DNA of 63,891 bases, the filler included, from Collodictyon triciliatum (Eukaryota), in the NCBI GenBank assembly GCA_043381765.1. It is 5 parts of 5 records of this genome, joined end to end, with 100 filler letters (N's around TTAATTAATTAA, not from the genome) between each part and the next. Parts side by side here need not be neighbours in the genome. Positions count along the whole stretch, not along the records: positions 1 to 12,712 come from JBHJMP010002115.1; positions 12,813 to 25,517 come from JBHJMP010002116.1; 3 more parts are not named here. The stretch is one strand, 5' to 3'. Below, piece by piece: positions 1 through 12,960 of the stretch. Position 1 is the first letter of the stretch. Each line of letters opens with the position of its first letter. Made by a program: the position numbers and the translations under genes. The notes below the pieces were generated by a model. It ran no database searches. It saw only the letters and a list, made by a program, of their open reading frames with translations, and was not told where the DNA came from.

Positions 1-1855
1 TTAAGGATGAAGCATACACAACAAGTGAAGCACGTGAATATGGATTGTGGCTGCTGGGTGAATACGGCTCTGACACTGAAGACAAGAGTGTTGTTGCCGA
101 AATATGCCACAATCTGAGGATTTCGAGTGAATACGATAAACTAGTGGACTTGATGAAGAATGAAAAGGTTAAATTGTGGATTTTATTTTTATTTTTGTGA
201 CCTGTGTTGTAATATAGTTTTTAGGTTGTTGTGAGCATTCTGGATGGCAATTATTGCTTCGAGTTTTATGAATGTTGGAGAGTGCTGAATAAGAACGGAT
301 ATGACCACAAAGCTGTCTATTGTGAGTTGGCCAAGGTGATAAAACTCAATTACATGTGTCAATATTGAATTTATTTTAATGGGTATGCACAACAGCAACT
401 GAATCCTGCTGGCTCTGCATTGGTCAATTACTTTCAACAAATTCAAGAGAATGCCTTTTTGATTCCGATTCTTGAGCATCGCATTTCTGTTGAGACAGAT
501 GAGGGTTTGGTCATTTGTTTTGGATTTTTGTGACTCTGTTGCTAACTTTGGTTCATTTGTATTAGGTTCGAACAGCAAAAATCTGAATTTTCTGGGAAAT
601 GTTTATCTTCAACTCGCAAAGTATGATTTATTTAATTATGTATATTTACATTTATCATTTAATTGGCTTATTATTTAATAGGAATGAAAAAGCCCTGGAA
701 TACTACCACAAATCATTGGAAATCCGACTGAAGGTGTTTGGAGAAGTGCACCCTGATGTTGCCACTTCATATAATAATATTGGGCACGTTTACGATGACC
801 TTGGAAAGTATGACTTATTTGATTATATGTTATATTTATCATTTAATTGACTTATTATTTAATAGACATGACAAAGCTCTGGAGTACTACCACAAATCAT
901 TGGAAATCCGAGTGAAAGTATATGGAGAAATCCACCCTGATGTTGCCGATTCATATAATAATATTGGAGTGGTTTACAAGAACCTTGGAAAGTATCTTTT
1001 ATTTGATTATATTTATGTTTATCTTTCGTTAACTTATTATTTGACAGGCATGACAAAGCTCTGGAGTACTTTCACAAGTCACTGGAAATTAAGCTGAAGG
1101 TGTTTGGAGAAATCCACCCTGATGTTGCCGAATCATATAATAATATAGGGGTGGTTTACGATAACCTTGGAAAGTATCTTTTATTTGATTATGTATATAT
1201 GTTTATCCTTTCATTAACTTATCGTTTAATAGGAATGAGAAAGCTCTGGAATACTATCACAAATCATTGGAAATTCAACTGAAAGTGTTTGGAGAAGTCC
1301 ACCCTGATGTCGCCGCTTCATATAATAATATTGGGCTGGTTTACAAGAATCTTGGAAAGTATCTTTTATTTGATTATATTTATGTTTATCTTTCGTTAAC
1401 TTATTATTTGACAGGCATGACAAAGCTCTGGAGTACTGCCACAAATCAGTGGAAATTAAGCTGAAGGTGTTTGGAGAGGACCACCCTAATGTTGCGATGT
1501 CATATAATAACATTGGGCTTGTTTACATGAATCTTGGAAAGTATTTTTTATTTGATTATATTTATGTTTATCATTTTCGTTAACTTATTTTTTTAATAGG
1601 AATGAGAAAGCTCTGGAATACTATCACAAGTCACTTGAGATTAAGCTGAAAGTATATGGAGAGACACACCCTAGTGTTGCGATGTCATATGGGAATATTG
1701 GTAGCCTACTCATGAGCCAGAAGAAATACCAAGAGGCTTTCGACATGTACCAAAAAGCCAACACGATATTCAAGACTGTCTATGGCGCAAACCATCCTCA
1801 TACGAAACTCTCAGAAAAGCAAATGATGGATGCACAGAAGATGCTGACCCAATAA
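1..1855 (+). CDS. TPR-array protein (42-aa kinesin-light-chain-type/TPR_12 repeats), 5'-partial, spliced
   Basis: Five 126-bp exons (682-807, 866-991, 1048-1173, 1233-1358, 1415-1540) and a terminal exon 1600-1855. Each encodes a repeat like EKALEYYHKSLEIRLKVFGEVHPDVATSYNNIGHVYDDLGK. GT-AG introns of 56-61 bp. Upstream exons are open from base 1. Stop TAA at 1853-1855. Confidence 0.93.
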
Positions 1856-2514
1856 GTGACTCGTCTGTTACCCATCTAAACAACCCATTCATCCACCCAT
1901 ACACCACCACCCTTTCCACAAAAACAAGTACAAGTGAGTACTATCCCGATGACGGCCAAACTGAATGAGTGCAGACGACTGCTAGCTTGTTTGCAGAGAC
2001 TGGATGAAAAGAATAAAAAAAAAACCAACCGACCTAACCTTTCCAGCAGTTGCCGATAAACGTGACACATCTCCTGTTTGTTTGATAATCGACCTTGGGT
2101 ATGTATCACAGGCGAAAAGAATGCTTATGTGTTGGTTATCATTGCGCTACTGAGGCTGTATGCTTTTATTTGATTTTTCATATATTTTTTATTTTTCGCT
2201 TGGTTAAGTGTCGCAATGTCAGCTTCATGGACACAATCTTTTCTTTTTCTTCTTGCGCCCATGATAATGGTGGGCTGTAACGATACATGCACTCGCTTTG
2301 TGTGCCTTTATTCTGTCTTATATTATATTCATCGACTTACCTGAAGGCTGTCGGTATCTTGACTGACTGTATTATTGTCTGTTGCATATGCAGTTTGATT
2401 ATTCGGCGAAGTGTTTTGTTGTTTTGTGTTGTATAAGTTTATTGGCTCCACAGTGCGATCAGTCTCGGTTTTTTCTTTGGCATTCACCTGCTCACTACAT
2501 TTCTTTTCGTTTAC

Positions 2515-2835
2515 TTTCTCTTTACTTTTTGTTTTCTTCTGTTTTCTTCTGTTTTCTTCTCTGTTCTTCTCTGTTCTTCTCTGTTCTTCTCTGTTCTTCT
2601 GTTTTCTTCTGTTTTCTTCTGTTTTCTTCTCTTTTCTTCTCTTTTCTTCTCTTTTCTTCTGTTTCCTTCTCTTTTCTTCTCTTTTCTTCTCTTTTCTTCT
2701 GTTTCCTTCTCTTTTTTTTCTCTTTTCTTCTCTTTTCTTCTGTTTCCTTCTCTTTTCTTAATTTTTTCTTCTCTTCTCTTCTCTTCTCTTCTCTTCTCTT
2801 CTCTTCTCTCTCTTTTTTTTTTGTTTTCTCTTTTC
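2515..2835. repeat. Pyrimidine-rich compound micro/minisatellite (TTTTCTTCT[G/C], TTCTC units)
   Basis: Tandem units directly visible. They produce spurious low-complexity ORFs on both strands. Confidence 0.9.
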
Positions 2836-4365
2836 TTTAATATTTTCATCTTTCATTATAATCCTTCCAATTTGCGCAACATAGTGAAGGACTTGGCTTG
2901 GATCGCTAGCCATCGATTGCATGGACTCTACTAGGTTGCTATTTGGCCGGTGAAGCAAACTGTAGTCAACAATTGCTATATGTGCATTGGCCTGTAGGCT
3001 GATTCTTGTGCTTGCATGAGAGAGGCAATGTTTAGTCTCTTTCCCGGTTTTTATTTTGTATAGATTATTCAATACTAGGTGTCCACAGAAACTTCGCTTC
3101 ACGTGTATGTATCCCTGGAGGAATAAGTATGCTTGAATAATATCACTTTGATATATATCCCTACTAAATCTCAGTTTGTAGTCTATAGCCAGCTTTGTAT
3201 CCTTCACTAGAGATAGGCGATCATTGTGGCATTATATCCAACAGCATGCATTTAGTGATATGTTTCATATATAGGTACACCGGTTCATTTATTTTAAAAT
3301 TATTTGCATTCCTGTGTATGTCTTTCTCTGTCTTTTATAAGATTACTTTATTTTCTCTGTATGTCATTCTTGCTGATTTTATTTTATTTTGTTTTCGACT
3401 TTTTCTTTATTTTCCACTCTTTTTTTTCTTTATTAAGAACCACAATATATGCACTCACAAAAGCCAAGTTTCTTTCCTCATTGTCTTTGATATCCATCAA
3501 ATTTGTTTCCTCATAAGCCTTTTCCAAAAAAACTAAAGTACTATGCTTAAGTCTCTCAGAATAATAAATCATTTGAAATATCTTATTGGGGTATGAATAA
3601 TATTTTTGTAATGCATAGATAACAGATTGGTTTTGTTGCACACGCCCTTGATGCTTAAAGATTTTTAGTTGTGTATATGTCTTGGTATTTCATTTGAACG
3701 GTACATATCAAGGTTGTCCTCAATCCATTTGCTACTTTTATTTATTTTGTCTTATTTTTTGCTTACAATAGTAACATGATATGTTTTTATTCAATCAGAG
3801 CAAGCATCGCTTTCCTACATGATAATCTTGTAGTAATATGAGCTGTAAAGTGGAACGTACCTCCAGAGAAAGAGACCCACACTATTATTCGCGTAAATTG
3901 TATACGTTAACGATTGCACATAAAGCACAATTTTTTTCATAATCAAATTTCTGCTTTCTTTAATTTCGTGTGCTTATGTCTTCATTTTATGCATATTTTA
4001 TTGCACTATCGTGTTTTCCCTTTTTATGTACAACAATATGTATTGTGCACTCAGCCTTGTTTGTTCCATTACGCTGTCTTCAACTTCATTACGCTTTCTT
4101 GGATTGCTTCTGGTCAGTCGGTCTCGTTTCATGATTGTTACCTAGATCTGATGACATTCTTTTATCGCCTTCTATCGTGCTTTGGCTCCAATTGTTTCTC
4201 ATTCAATCTTTTTACCCTTGTTAAAACACAGGGGCTTCTATAATCAAAAAATGAAACAAAATCAACGTATGGACCTTTGCTATAACAAAAAACTGCGCAT
4301 GGTTTCCTTTCGTGAATGATAATCACTACGCCTTTCTTGTGATTCTTTTTATATGTATAAAATGC

Positions 4366-4366
<1 letters not shown>

Positions 4367-4462
<96 letters not shown>

Positions 4463-4467
4463 TAGAT

Positions 4468-4546
<79 letters not shown>

Positions 4547-4580
4547 TAGATATAGATATAGATAGATAGATAGATAGATA
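4367..4580. repeat. (GATA)n microsatellite
   Basis: Directly visible, with a few GATATA interruptions. Confidence 0.97.
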
Positions 4581-6349
4581 ATGGGGATAGGTATGATTCT
4601 CAAAATATTTCAGTCCTTACTTTCATTTAGTATATAATTATGCATTCACAATTTTATAGATATATGAATTAAGTAAATTTTTACAGGGTGTGAGTCCTTT
4701 TTGTTGCCCAGCAAAAGGTTGTCAGCTTGTATAATAAAGTTTTGAAAAAAATATTGGTAAAGAAAACCATTCATCCTCATCGGTTCTACTTTTAACAGAA
4801 AATAGTTATAATCTACGATGATTCCATGTTTCAAAAAAAACTAACAGCATATGCAATTGAACACAATATTTCAAAAAATAATGATGTTGAAAGGAAAGGT
4901 GGTATGCTTTAATTGTTAAATATATTCAAATACAACATTCTGCATAAAATGATGCAAGATGGAAACCTTTCCTATACGTCCAGTAATCATATGTATGGTC
5001 GACTATGGCATCCTTCTCACGACATCATCAGGATTGTTATTAAACCTTAAAAAGTATAATGAACGATTATCATATGTTTATATACCTGGCATTTAGGACA
5101 TACATAATAAGATAAAAAAAAAAGAAGGTTATGCGTCTTCTATTGCATCTAATATTATCTATTGAAGTGTTTNNNNNNNNNNNNNNNNNNNNNNNNNNNN
5201 NNNNNNNNNNNNNNNNNNNNNNNNNNNNNNNNNNNNNNNNNNNNNNNNNNNNNNNNNNNNNNNNNNNNNNNNNNNNNNNNNNNNNNNNNNNNNNNNNNNN
5301 NNNNNNNNNNNNNNNNNNNNNNNNNNNNNNNNNNNNNNNNNNNNNNNNNNNNNNNNNNNNNNNNNNNNNNNNNNNNNNNNNNNNNNNNNNNNNNNNNNNN
5401 NNNNNNNNNNNNNNNNNNNNNNNNNNNNNNNNNNNNNNNNNNNNNNNNNNNNNNNNNNNNNNNNNNNNNNNNNNNNNNNNNNNNNNNNNNNNNNNNNNNN
5501 NNNNNNNNNNNNNNNNNNNNNNNNNNNNNNNNNNNNNNNNNNNNNNNNNNNNNNNNNNNNNNNNNNNNNNNNNNNNNNNNNNNNNNNNNNNNNNNNNNNN
5601 NNNNNNNNNNNNNNNNNNNNNNNNNNNNNNNNNNNNNNNNNNNNNNNNNNNNNNNNNNNNNNNNNNNNNNNNNNNNNNNNNNNNNNNNNNNNNNNNNNNN
5701 NNNNNNNNNNNNNNNNNNNNNNNNNNNNNNNNNNNNNNNNNNNNNNNNNNNNNNNNNNNNNNNNNNNNNNNNNNNNNNNNNNNNNNNNNNNNNNNNNNNN
5801 NNNNNNNNNNNNNNNNNNNNNNNNNNNNNNNNNNNNNNNNNNNNNNNNNNNNNNNNNNNNNNNNNNNNNNNNNNNNNNNNNNNNNNNNNNNNNNNNNNNN
5901 NNNNNNNNNNNNNNNNNNNNNNNNNNNNNNNNNNNNNNNNNNNNNNNNNNNNNNNNNNNNNNNNNNNNNNNNNNNNNNNNNNNNNNNNNNNNNNNNNNNN
6001 NNNNNNNNNNNNNNNNNNNNGTCTTCGACAGAAAGCTGAAAAAAACCTAAGCCTTTTTTTTTATATAAGTTCCTTTCCTTTTTCTTTTTTCTTTTCTTTT
6101 CTTTTGATTTCTTTTCTTTTCTTTTCTTTTCTTTTCTTTTCTTTTCTTTTCTTTTCTTTTGATTTCTTTTCTTTTCTTTTCTATTTTATTCCGCCAATTT
6201 GCTCCTTTACTTGCTGCACTTTTGCTGAGTCTCTTTACATCTTCGAGTGACATGAAAAGCAACGGATCTAAATCGCTTTTTTTCCCCTCCTTTTTTCCTC
6301 TCCTTCTTGTTTGTACGGCACTGACGAAAGAAAAAGACCTGCGATTCAA

Positions 6350-6660
6350 ATGGAGACGCCGGAGTCTGTTCCGAGGACAAAACTGCTCTTTTTTGAGGTG
6401 ATTCGCCGATGGAACCGATCCGCACGACGCACTCAACACGCGCTGATTTTCGTCTTTGGATGCGGACGCGGATACATCGCACCGATGGCCGTGACTGACG
6501 GAGCTCATCGCGGACTCCAAAGTGCTTCGCCTGAAGGTCTTCCTTTCTATCTATTCTGAATTGAGCCCAAGTTTAACGCTTCTATTTATTCTCTTCCTCT
6601 CTCTTGTTGCGTTTTATATTTTCATAGGATGTTATATATCTCTTTTCTTTCTATAATTTA

Positions 6661-6756
<96 letters not shown>

Positions 6757-9408
6757 TTTCAATGTATGAACGAACCGCGTCATATTCATCGGCGCTTATT
6801 CGCAGCTCAGCCATGTCCTTTACTTTACATGTCTCGTTGAAATATCGGCATGGGCCTGGCTTATTGAATACCGTATCTTGAATATTTATTTATTTGTAGA
6901 ACTCAGCTTGGGAGATACAGTTGTGCCAACCAGCATCTTTACAGAGTCGACCACTCTGTCCTTCCGAATCCCACTGACATATAAAGGAACCGCGGTGGTT
7001 CCCAGGAAGATATGCCTCTCGTCGGATCAATCGCTTTTGCTTGTGTTGGGCGGTATCCATCAGAATGCCTCCTCTTTGCTGGTGTAATAATCACATCGAA
7101 ACGCTCATTGTTTTTTTATTGTCGCTCTACCACATATGAAATCATCGAAAACATTCACAAAATATGAAAATATTATTGACCATGATTTTGACCGTCACTG
7201 ACAAGGAGCGTACAAAACAGCGAAGTCCAGAAAATTGACGAGGGTTATTTTAAAAAATATGTCATGTAGATATCGCATCAACCGACACGTCCAACCACCT
7301 TTGGAGCTTATCTTCAACGACCTGAGCCTCACATACGTCGATGTGACATTCACCCCGGATTCTACTGGACTTATGATGATTCCTCACCCCCGCCCTGGAA
7401 ACGTTGTGTTTGTGAATCTACCATCTCCTTTGGACGGAAGAAACACTGGTGCATCAGGTAATGGAATGGAGACGGCAAACGGTTCAGCCGAGGCCGAATC
7501 ACCCGCAATTATTTCGGAGGCCCGAAAGCGTGCGTTTGGTCCGATATCCTTTCTTGGGCCGGTCATGTCTGGTTCGGCACTGGTGCAGTTTGTAGGGATA
7601 GAAGTAAACCCGTTTTCTTCGGTGGAGGACAATGAAGAGCAATACAAACCCTGCCACTTCATAACGTGGACTGCACACGAACAAGGCGAGTATTACTTGT
7701 GGAGAGTTACATTTCGGGAAAACATAGCGACATATGAGTGGGAACGGCGAGTATTATCACCTTTTCAGGTGCTTTTTGCTAAATAATGATGATGTTATAT
7801 TCACCTAACTATATAGATAAAATAATATCAAATAAAACATATGGCATCTCTTTTTTACATTCTTTATTTTTTCATTCTTTTTCAGTGTGCATTTTTATTA
7901 TCTTTTTAAAAATTTTAATATGTTGCGCTTGGTAGAGCGCTTTTTATATATATACTGCTGAATATCATTTGGTGCCTTTTTAAAATTATTCTTGCTTCAT
8001 GCTCGATAGGACCCTTCGAATCCTAAGGTTGAGATTCTGGGTGCTCAGTTCTCAAAAGAAAGCGATTTCGTAGCTTTTGCAGTTTTGAGATACTTCCAGC
8101 GCGGTAATTGCAATTTTGGCCTCACATCAATCCACCTTCCGACTCGATACGACCTGGAAAATGCCTCTTTGCCGACGTGGATGAGTATTAGCAATGTCAC
8201 GGACCCAGTTGATTTCACTTGGACTACAAACATTAATTCCTTTGCCGGGATTTCTTCGTTCTTGCTAACATCGCCTGTTTGTACCTTTGCGATTTCATCT
8301 TCCTACATTCCTCACTCTTTTTCCCGATATTGTTTACACTTTTATATCTACCGCTTTTCGCCTTATGTTTAAGGTGATGAATGACTTCTCTTACTCATTA
8401 TTTTATTGTATTTGTCTATTCGTTTTCATTAAAAATAAATTTTAAAAAAAGGGACTCGGAATCTTTGAGTATGTCCCACCCTCACTCTGTCTGAAAGTTG
8501 TTGCTGGGCCGAAGGAACCTACAGCCGTGCAAGGATTCGTTCAACCAAACGACAAGATCCGCTACTGGGTCGATGCTTCGAACAGTTTCTTTATAAGCGA
8601 TGTAAACCCCATTCTCTGTGCTTATGTCGTTTTCATTCATGATTAACTGTATCATCACATGGTTCATCTTAATTGGCTGCCAAAGCTTTCGTTTCAACTT
8701 CAGTTCATTTTAAAATTGAAAAAAATAAAATACTCTAGGTAACAAACTTGATGTCACCAGTGGTAAACATCAACATCAGCGAGGCTGTCGTTTCGAAAAA
8801 TGAAGAAATCTGTCGAAGCCTTATGGATATTGGATACGAGCCAACAGATATATCAGCAGGTTTATTTCTTACTTCAATTTCTTTAATCAAGGGGGCTTTC
8901 GTTAGTTGACCTATCCCCATAGAAAAGGAATCGGCCATTTACAACCATCTTGCCCTAACATCTATGACTTCTAGAAAAACTCTTCAATGCTCCCGAATCT
9001 CAAAAGCGAAGCTCCAAGAAGTAAGATAAAGCATGCAACAAAATTTTCTTGTAATCGTAATGTACACTCATAATATTGCGTATTCCCAACGTACCTTCCT
9101 AAAATCAAAATATTTTATTATTTAAAATGAAGGGGAAAGTCCGGTTCATCTGCAAATGCAAGAATCAACCCTCACCTCGCCTCGACTGAGGGTGAAGGAA
9201 ATACATCCATTGCGTTTGGTATTTCTTTGTCAACTTGTCAACGCTGCAGTCTGGTGCTTCTTCGACCGTTGCGCTGCGGGCGATGTAAAAATGCGCATTA
9301 TTGCTCAAAGGTATTTTTAGACTTTGATAATAGATTAGCTCAGCTTCTCTCCAAATACGTTATTTTTATTACATTATGTTTTGTTTTGTTTTGTATTGTA
9401 TTGTTTTG

Positions 9409-9439
<31 letters not shown>

Positions 9440-9684
9440 GACATTTTCGTTTTGTTTCTCGGCGTCAATGCTTATTCCTCGACACTTAAACCTCAGTTTG
9501 TTTCGAAGTATATTCGGGGGAAAAAAGTACCTCGAGCACAACTTAGCGGTTCCATTTTTTTCTATTTTTTTTTAAAAAAATAAATTATGAAAAGGACTGC
9601 CAGCGAACTCATTGGCCGGCGCACAGAGTCTTATGCAAGATTCGTGAATCTGTACCGAGTTCTGTGAACAGCCAAGTCGCATAG
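6350..9684 (+). CDS. Multi-exon protein with C-terminal MYND-type zinc finger
   Basis: Spliced C-terminus TCQRCSLVLLRPLRCGRCKNAHYCSK|DCQRTHWPAHRVLC (about 9233-9310 plus 9595-9684) matches the CxxC..CxxC....YCS..CQ..HW..H...C MYND pattern. Upstream GC-richer exons at about 6900-7083, 7270-7768 and 8011-8277 are bounded by GT/AG. The start codon and first exons are uncertain. Confidence 0.75.
6660..6752. repeat. (TTA)n microsatellite, intronic
   Basis: Directly visible. Confidence 0.95.
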
Positions 9685-10180
9685 ACCCTCGAGATGCTCT
9701 ATCTTTCGGTCGTTATGTCTCGTTCCGTCGCAAAATGTTATCTGATTATTAATTTTTTTTTTTCAAACATCCCACGTCTTTCCTCGGCATTTTCTTCAGT
9801 TTCATTCACACTCATTTAACCTTGAATTAAAAAATAAACTCATTTTTGCTCATTAGGGGCTCATGACGAGGTTTTTTTTTTTTGTTTTTGTTTTTGTTTT
9901 TGTTTTTTGTTTATTACTTTTAATTTAGTTTCGAGCGTTTAGGGTTGGTTTTGTTTTTCTTGGTTATCTCAATATTAATTGCAGGAATTTGACAAGAATT
10001 ATTGGAGTGACTGCGCAATAAAGTTACGCTATGTGATGAGAAGCAAGTCATCACAGGAGCGAACGCAATGAAGAACCGTCAAGAATGAATTAGAATGCAG
10101 GAAAAGTAAGGCATAAACCGACTATCCCCATTATCAGTAAATGCATCTGGGCTGTGAAAAGACTAGATAAGGCGTCTCTT

Positions 10181-12292
10181 CTATTCGTCCAACATATCCA
10201 ACTCACGGCTCCTAATAGCTTCCAGTTGGCCCTACCGATACAATCACGTTTACAAAGAGGGGAAAGAGAAGCAGATATGCGCAGATTCAACGTGAGCATT
10301 TATGTGTGTGTTATTCAGATTTTAATGCAGTGCCACACATACCCGCTTTTCAGAGACATATTCAAGAATCGTCCTCAACTCCGATTCGAGTCCAATTACA
10401 TCCACAATCGTAGCTTCGTCCAGTCTCATTCGCTTCAAACAGTCGATTGCGTCCTCGATTTGCTTGTGTGACGGAGGATTCTCTGATATATCTGCTGTTT
10501 TTGTGTCCGGCACTACTTCTGCATCATCTGGGAAAAGTTCCCGTACACTTTGCTCGCCTCTTTGTGATAAACCATCCTGGCTGGGTGTCTTGCTTTGAGA
10601 TAGTGATCTTACGAGTGGGCTACTTGGTATCGGTGATTCAATCCATGCTACAAGCCATCATTCATATCATAAACAAGGCCAAAAGAATAAAAAGGAGAAG
10701 AAATAGGATATGTTTTCATCGGCAATTCGTGGGCTAGAAATACTACAATGTAGATTTGAATGTATATGCGCACGATTCGTAACGAGTTTTTTTTCCTGCA
10801 TACTTTAATTGTATGAAAGATTCACTTTTTGTTCCTTTTACTCAACAATAAAAAAGAAAAAAGAAGGGACAACAACCAACATTTGATGCAAAAGTTTGTT
10901 TTCCCGTGTCATGATTTCATTTAATACAGACATACATTCAAGCATCGCCTTGATGCCTGAGTCCTGGCAGAGTTCCAAAAGTGTTTGTCCATTACCGAGT
11001 GGCTGAAGAGGGTCTGCGCCAGCCTTCAACATCCACTTAATTGCATCTTTGTGTCCAACCTAATAACGTTTTTTTTTTTAAAAAAAAAAAACCAACACAG
11101 CAATCGGTAGCAGAAACAAGAATCAGTACGTCTTAATACAAAAGTGCATCGAATTGTTTTGAAAAGAATGAATGAAGGCGAAGCACTTTCACAGCGATGC
11201 CAAGTGGGGTCATTCCACGTGCATTTGATATTGACAACGAGGCGCCGGCAGAAACCAGTTCGTCCATTATTCGGATATTGTTCATCGATGCTGCCAGAAT
11301 CAGTGGTGTTGTTCCGTCACTGGAAGGCGGGTCCACTTTGGCTTTTGCATGGATGAGGACTTTCACAATGCTGCACGGATGAAGTAAAAAGGGAACAAAA
11401 GATATGGAAAAAGAAGGAAAGAGTTGTTTCCAATATGAGTCTACATAAACGTACATGAAAAATATGAGGAAAATGTGCAATAAAGCGGCAAGCCAGTAAA
11501 TGGTAATTGCTGGTTTTTGTTTTTGTTTTTGTTTTGTTTTGTTTAGTTTTGTTTTTTAAAAAAAGAGAATGGGATTGTAATAGGAGTAAGAAGACTAATA
11601 ATTATAATTCGATATTCATATCATGTCACTTCTATTACAACAAAAACAAAATATAAAAAACAAATAAAAAAAGCATACTTAACGTGTCCCTCTGCAGCAG
11701 CGTAGTGCTGTTTATGAAATATTAGCAGATGGTATGTCATATTTAAAGTAAAATATGGAAAGGACTAGTATTTGTATCTATACTAAAAGAATATTATTCA
11801 TAAGTGCAAAATATGGCGCACTGACCAAGGCAGTCCATTTCGATGTTGTTTCTCTGTAATTAACATCGACCCCTAAGGTAATCAACTGCGTGCAATGCTC
11901 ATTAGTAATATGCTTTGGAGCAAAAAAAAAAGTGTCTGACACAGGCAGAATATCAAAAAGTAGATTTTATTTTTTATTCATGTCGCAAATAATGGTGAAA
12001 AAAAAGAATGCTCGGGCACATGGACACATCAAAGTTTTAGCAAGACTAGTTTGCATAGCTTATTGGGATTGAAGAAAACTGTCTCGAAAGCAAGCGTGAT
12101 AATAATGACTAAAAATAATAATATTCTAAAGCTGATATAGAAAATGCCGGCTAGGAAGTTAATTCAGGAAAAGAAAATGTAAGCACTTACATGTTCAACG
12201 GAAGTAAGGTCGCCCTTCTCTGTCAGTTTCAGAAGAAGCTTTGGATCAGCTGTGTCCTGAAGAATCTCCCCGCGGCTCGACTGATTCCCCAT
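10181..12292 (-). CDS. Ankyrin-repeat protein, possible N-myristoylation (MGNQSS)
   Basis: Spliced translation contains WTALHYAAAEGHV, DGTTPLILAASMNN, RGMTPLGIAVKVGHKDAIKWMLKAGADP and GQTLLELC. The last exon GQLEAIRSRELDMLDE* ends at 10181. The frame is also open upstream to a splice acceptor near 12443, so the true start may be off-scaffold. Confidence 0.85.
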
Positions 12293-12502
12293 CTGCCTCG
12301 ACTTTGCCTTGGAAGTGGGCTTTGATACCTTGCAGGAGGAAAAAAGCGGTGGGTCAGAGGCTGTGATAAAACTCTTCAGCGCTCCTTGTGCCATAAAATT
12401 CGATGGAAAAGAAACTAAAGATCCCTGGCCTTCTCCGTTCACCTGTAAGTATAACACAGAGCAACTGCGTCGGATCTGTTCTTTTTTATTCACCATCGTT
12501 TA

Positions 12503-12712
12503 TATTGTTTTTTTTATTGTTTTTTATTGTTTTTTTTATTGTTTTTTTATTGTTTTTTTATTGTTTTTTTATTGTTTTTTTATTGTTTTTTATTGTTTTT
12601 TATTGTTTTTTATTGTTTTTTTATTGTTTTTTTATTGTTTTTTTATTGTTTTTTTATTGTTTTTTTATTGTTTTTTTATTGTTTTTTTATTGTTTTTTTA
12701 TTGTTTTTTTAT
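12503..12712. repeat. (TnATTG)n degenerate minisatellite at scaffold end
   Basis: Directly visible, runs into the N spacer. Confidence 0.9.
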
Positions 12713-12812
12713 NNNNNNNNNNNNNNNNNNNNNNNNNNNNNNNNNNNNNNNNNNNNTTAATTAATTAANNNNNNNNNNNNNNNNNNNNNNNNNNNNNNNN
12801 NNNNNNNNNNNN
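12713..12812. other. Artificial scaffold-joining spacer N44-TTAATTAATTAA-N44
   Basis: Exactly 100 bp, stop codons in all six frames, recurs identically four times in the window. Confidence 0.97.
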
Positions 12813-12915
12813 ATAAAACATAATAAAACATAATAAAACATAATAAAACATAATAAAACATAATAAAACATAATAAAACATAATAAAACATAATAAAACA
12901 TAATAAAACATAATA
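12813..12915. repeat. (ATAATAAAAC)n 10-bp tandem repeat
   Basis: About ten perfect copies at the scaffold start. Confidence 0.95.
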
Positions 12916-12960
12916 GGTTATATTGTTCTCTGCATTTACTTGACATTTATAAAACTTCAC

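Noticed and set aside
621-1725. Regularly spaced repeats resembling a CRISPR array
   Set aside because: There are no unique spacers. Both alternating parts are homologous and resolve as TPR exons and GT-AG introns.
2382-2849. Long F/S/L-rich and K/R/E-rich ORFs, plus similar poly-N, poly-I, CMYV and VCLF ORFs elsewhere
   Set aside because: These are translations of microsatellites, mostly intronic or intergenic.
2200-4800. Short exon-like hydrophobic fragments, possibly a decayed membrane-protein gene
   Set aside because: I could not splice a consistent frame or recognise any motif.
5131-6250. 300-360 aa ORFs in the track
   Set aside because: They consist almost entirely of X from an assembly gap.
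12757-12768. TTAATTAATTAA as a biological site (piggyBac TTAA target, PacI-like palindrome)
   Set aside because: It is always centred in exactly 44+44 Ns, so it is an artificial six-frame-stop linker.
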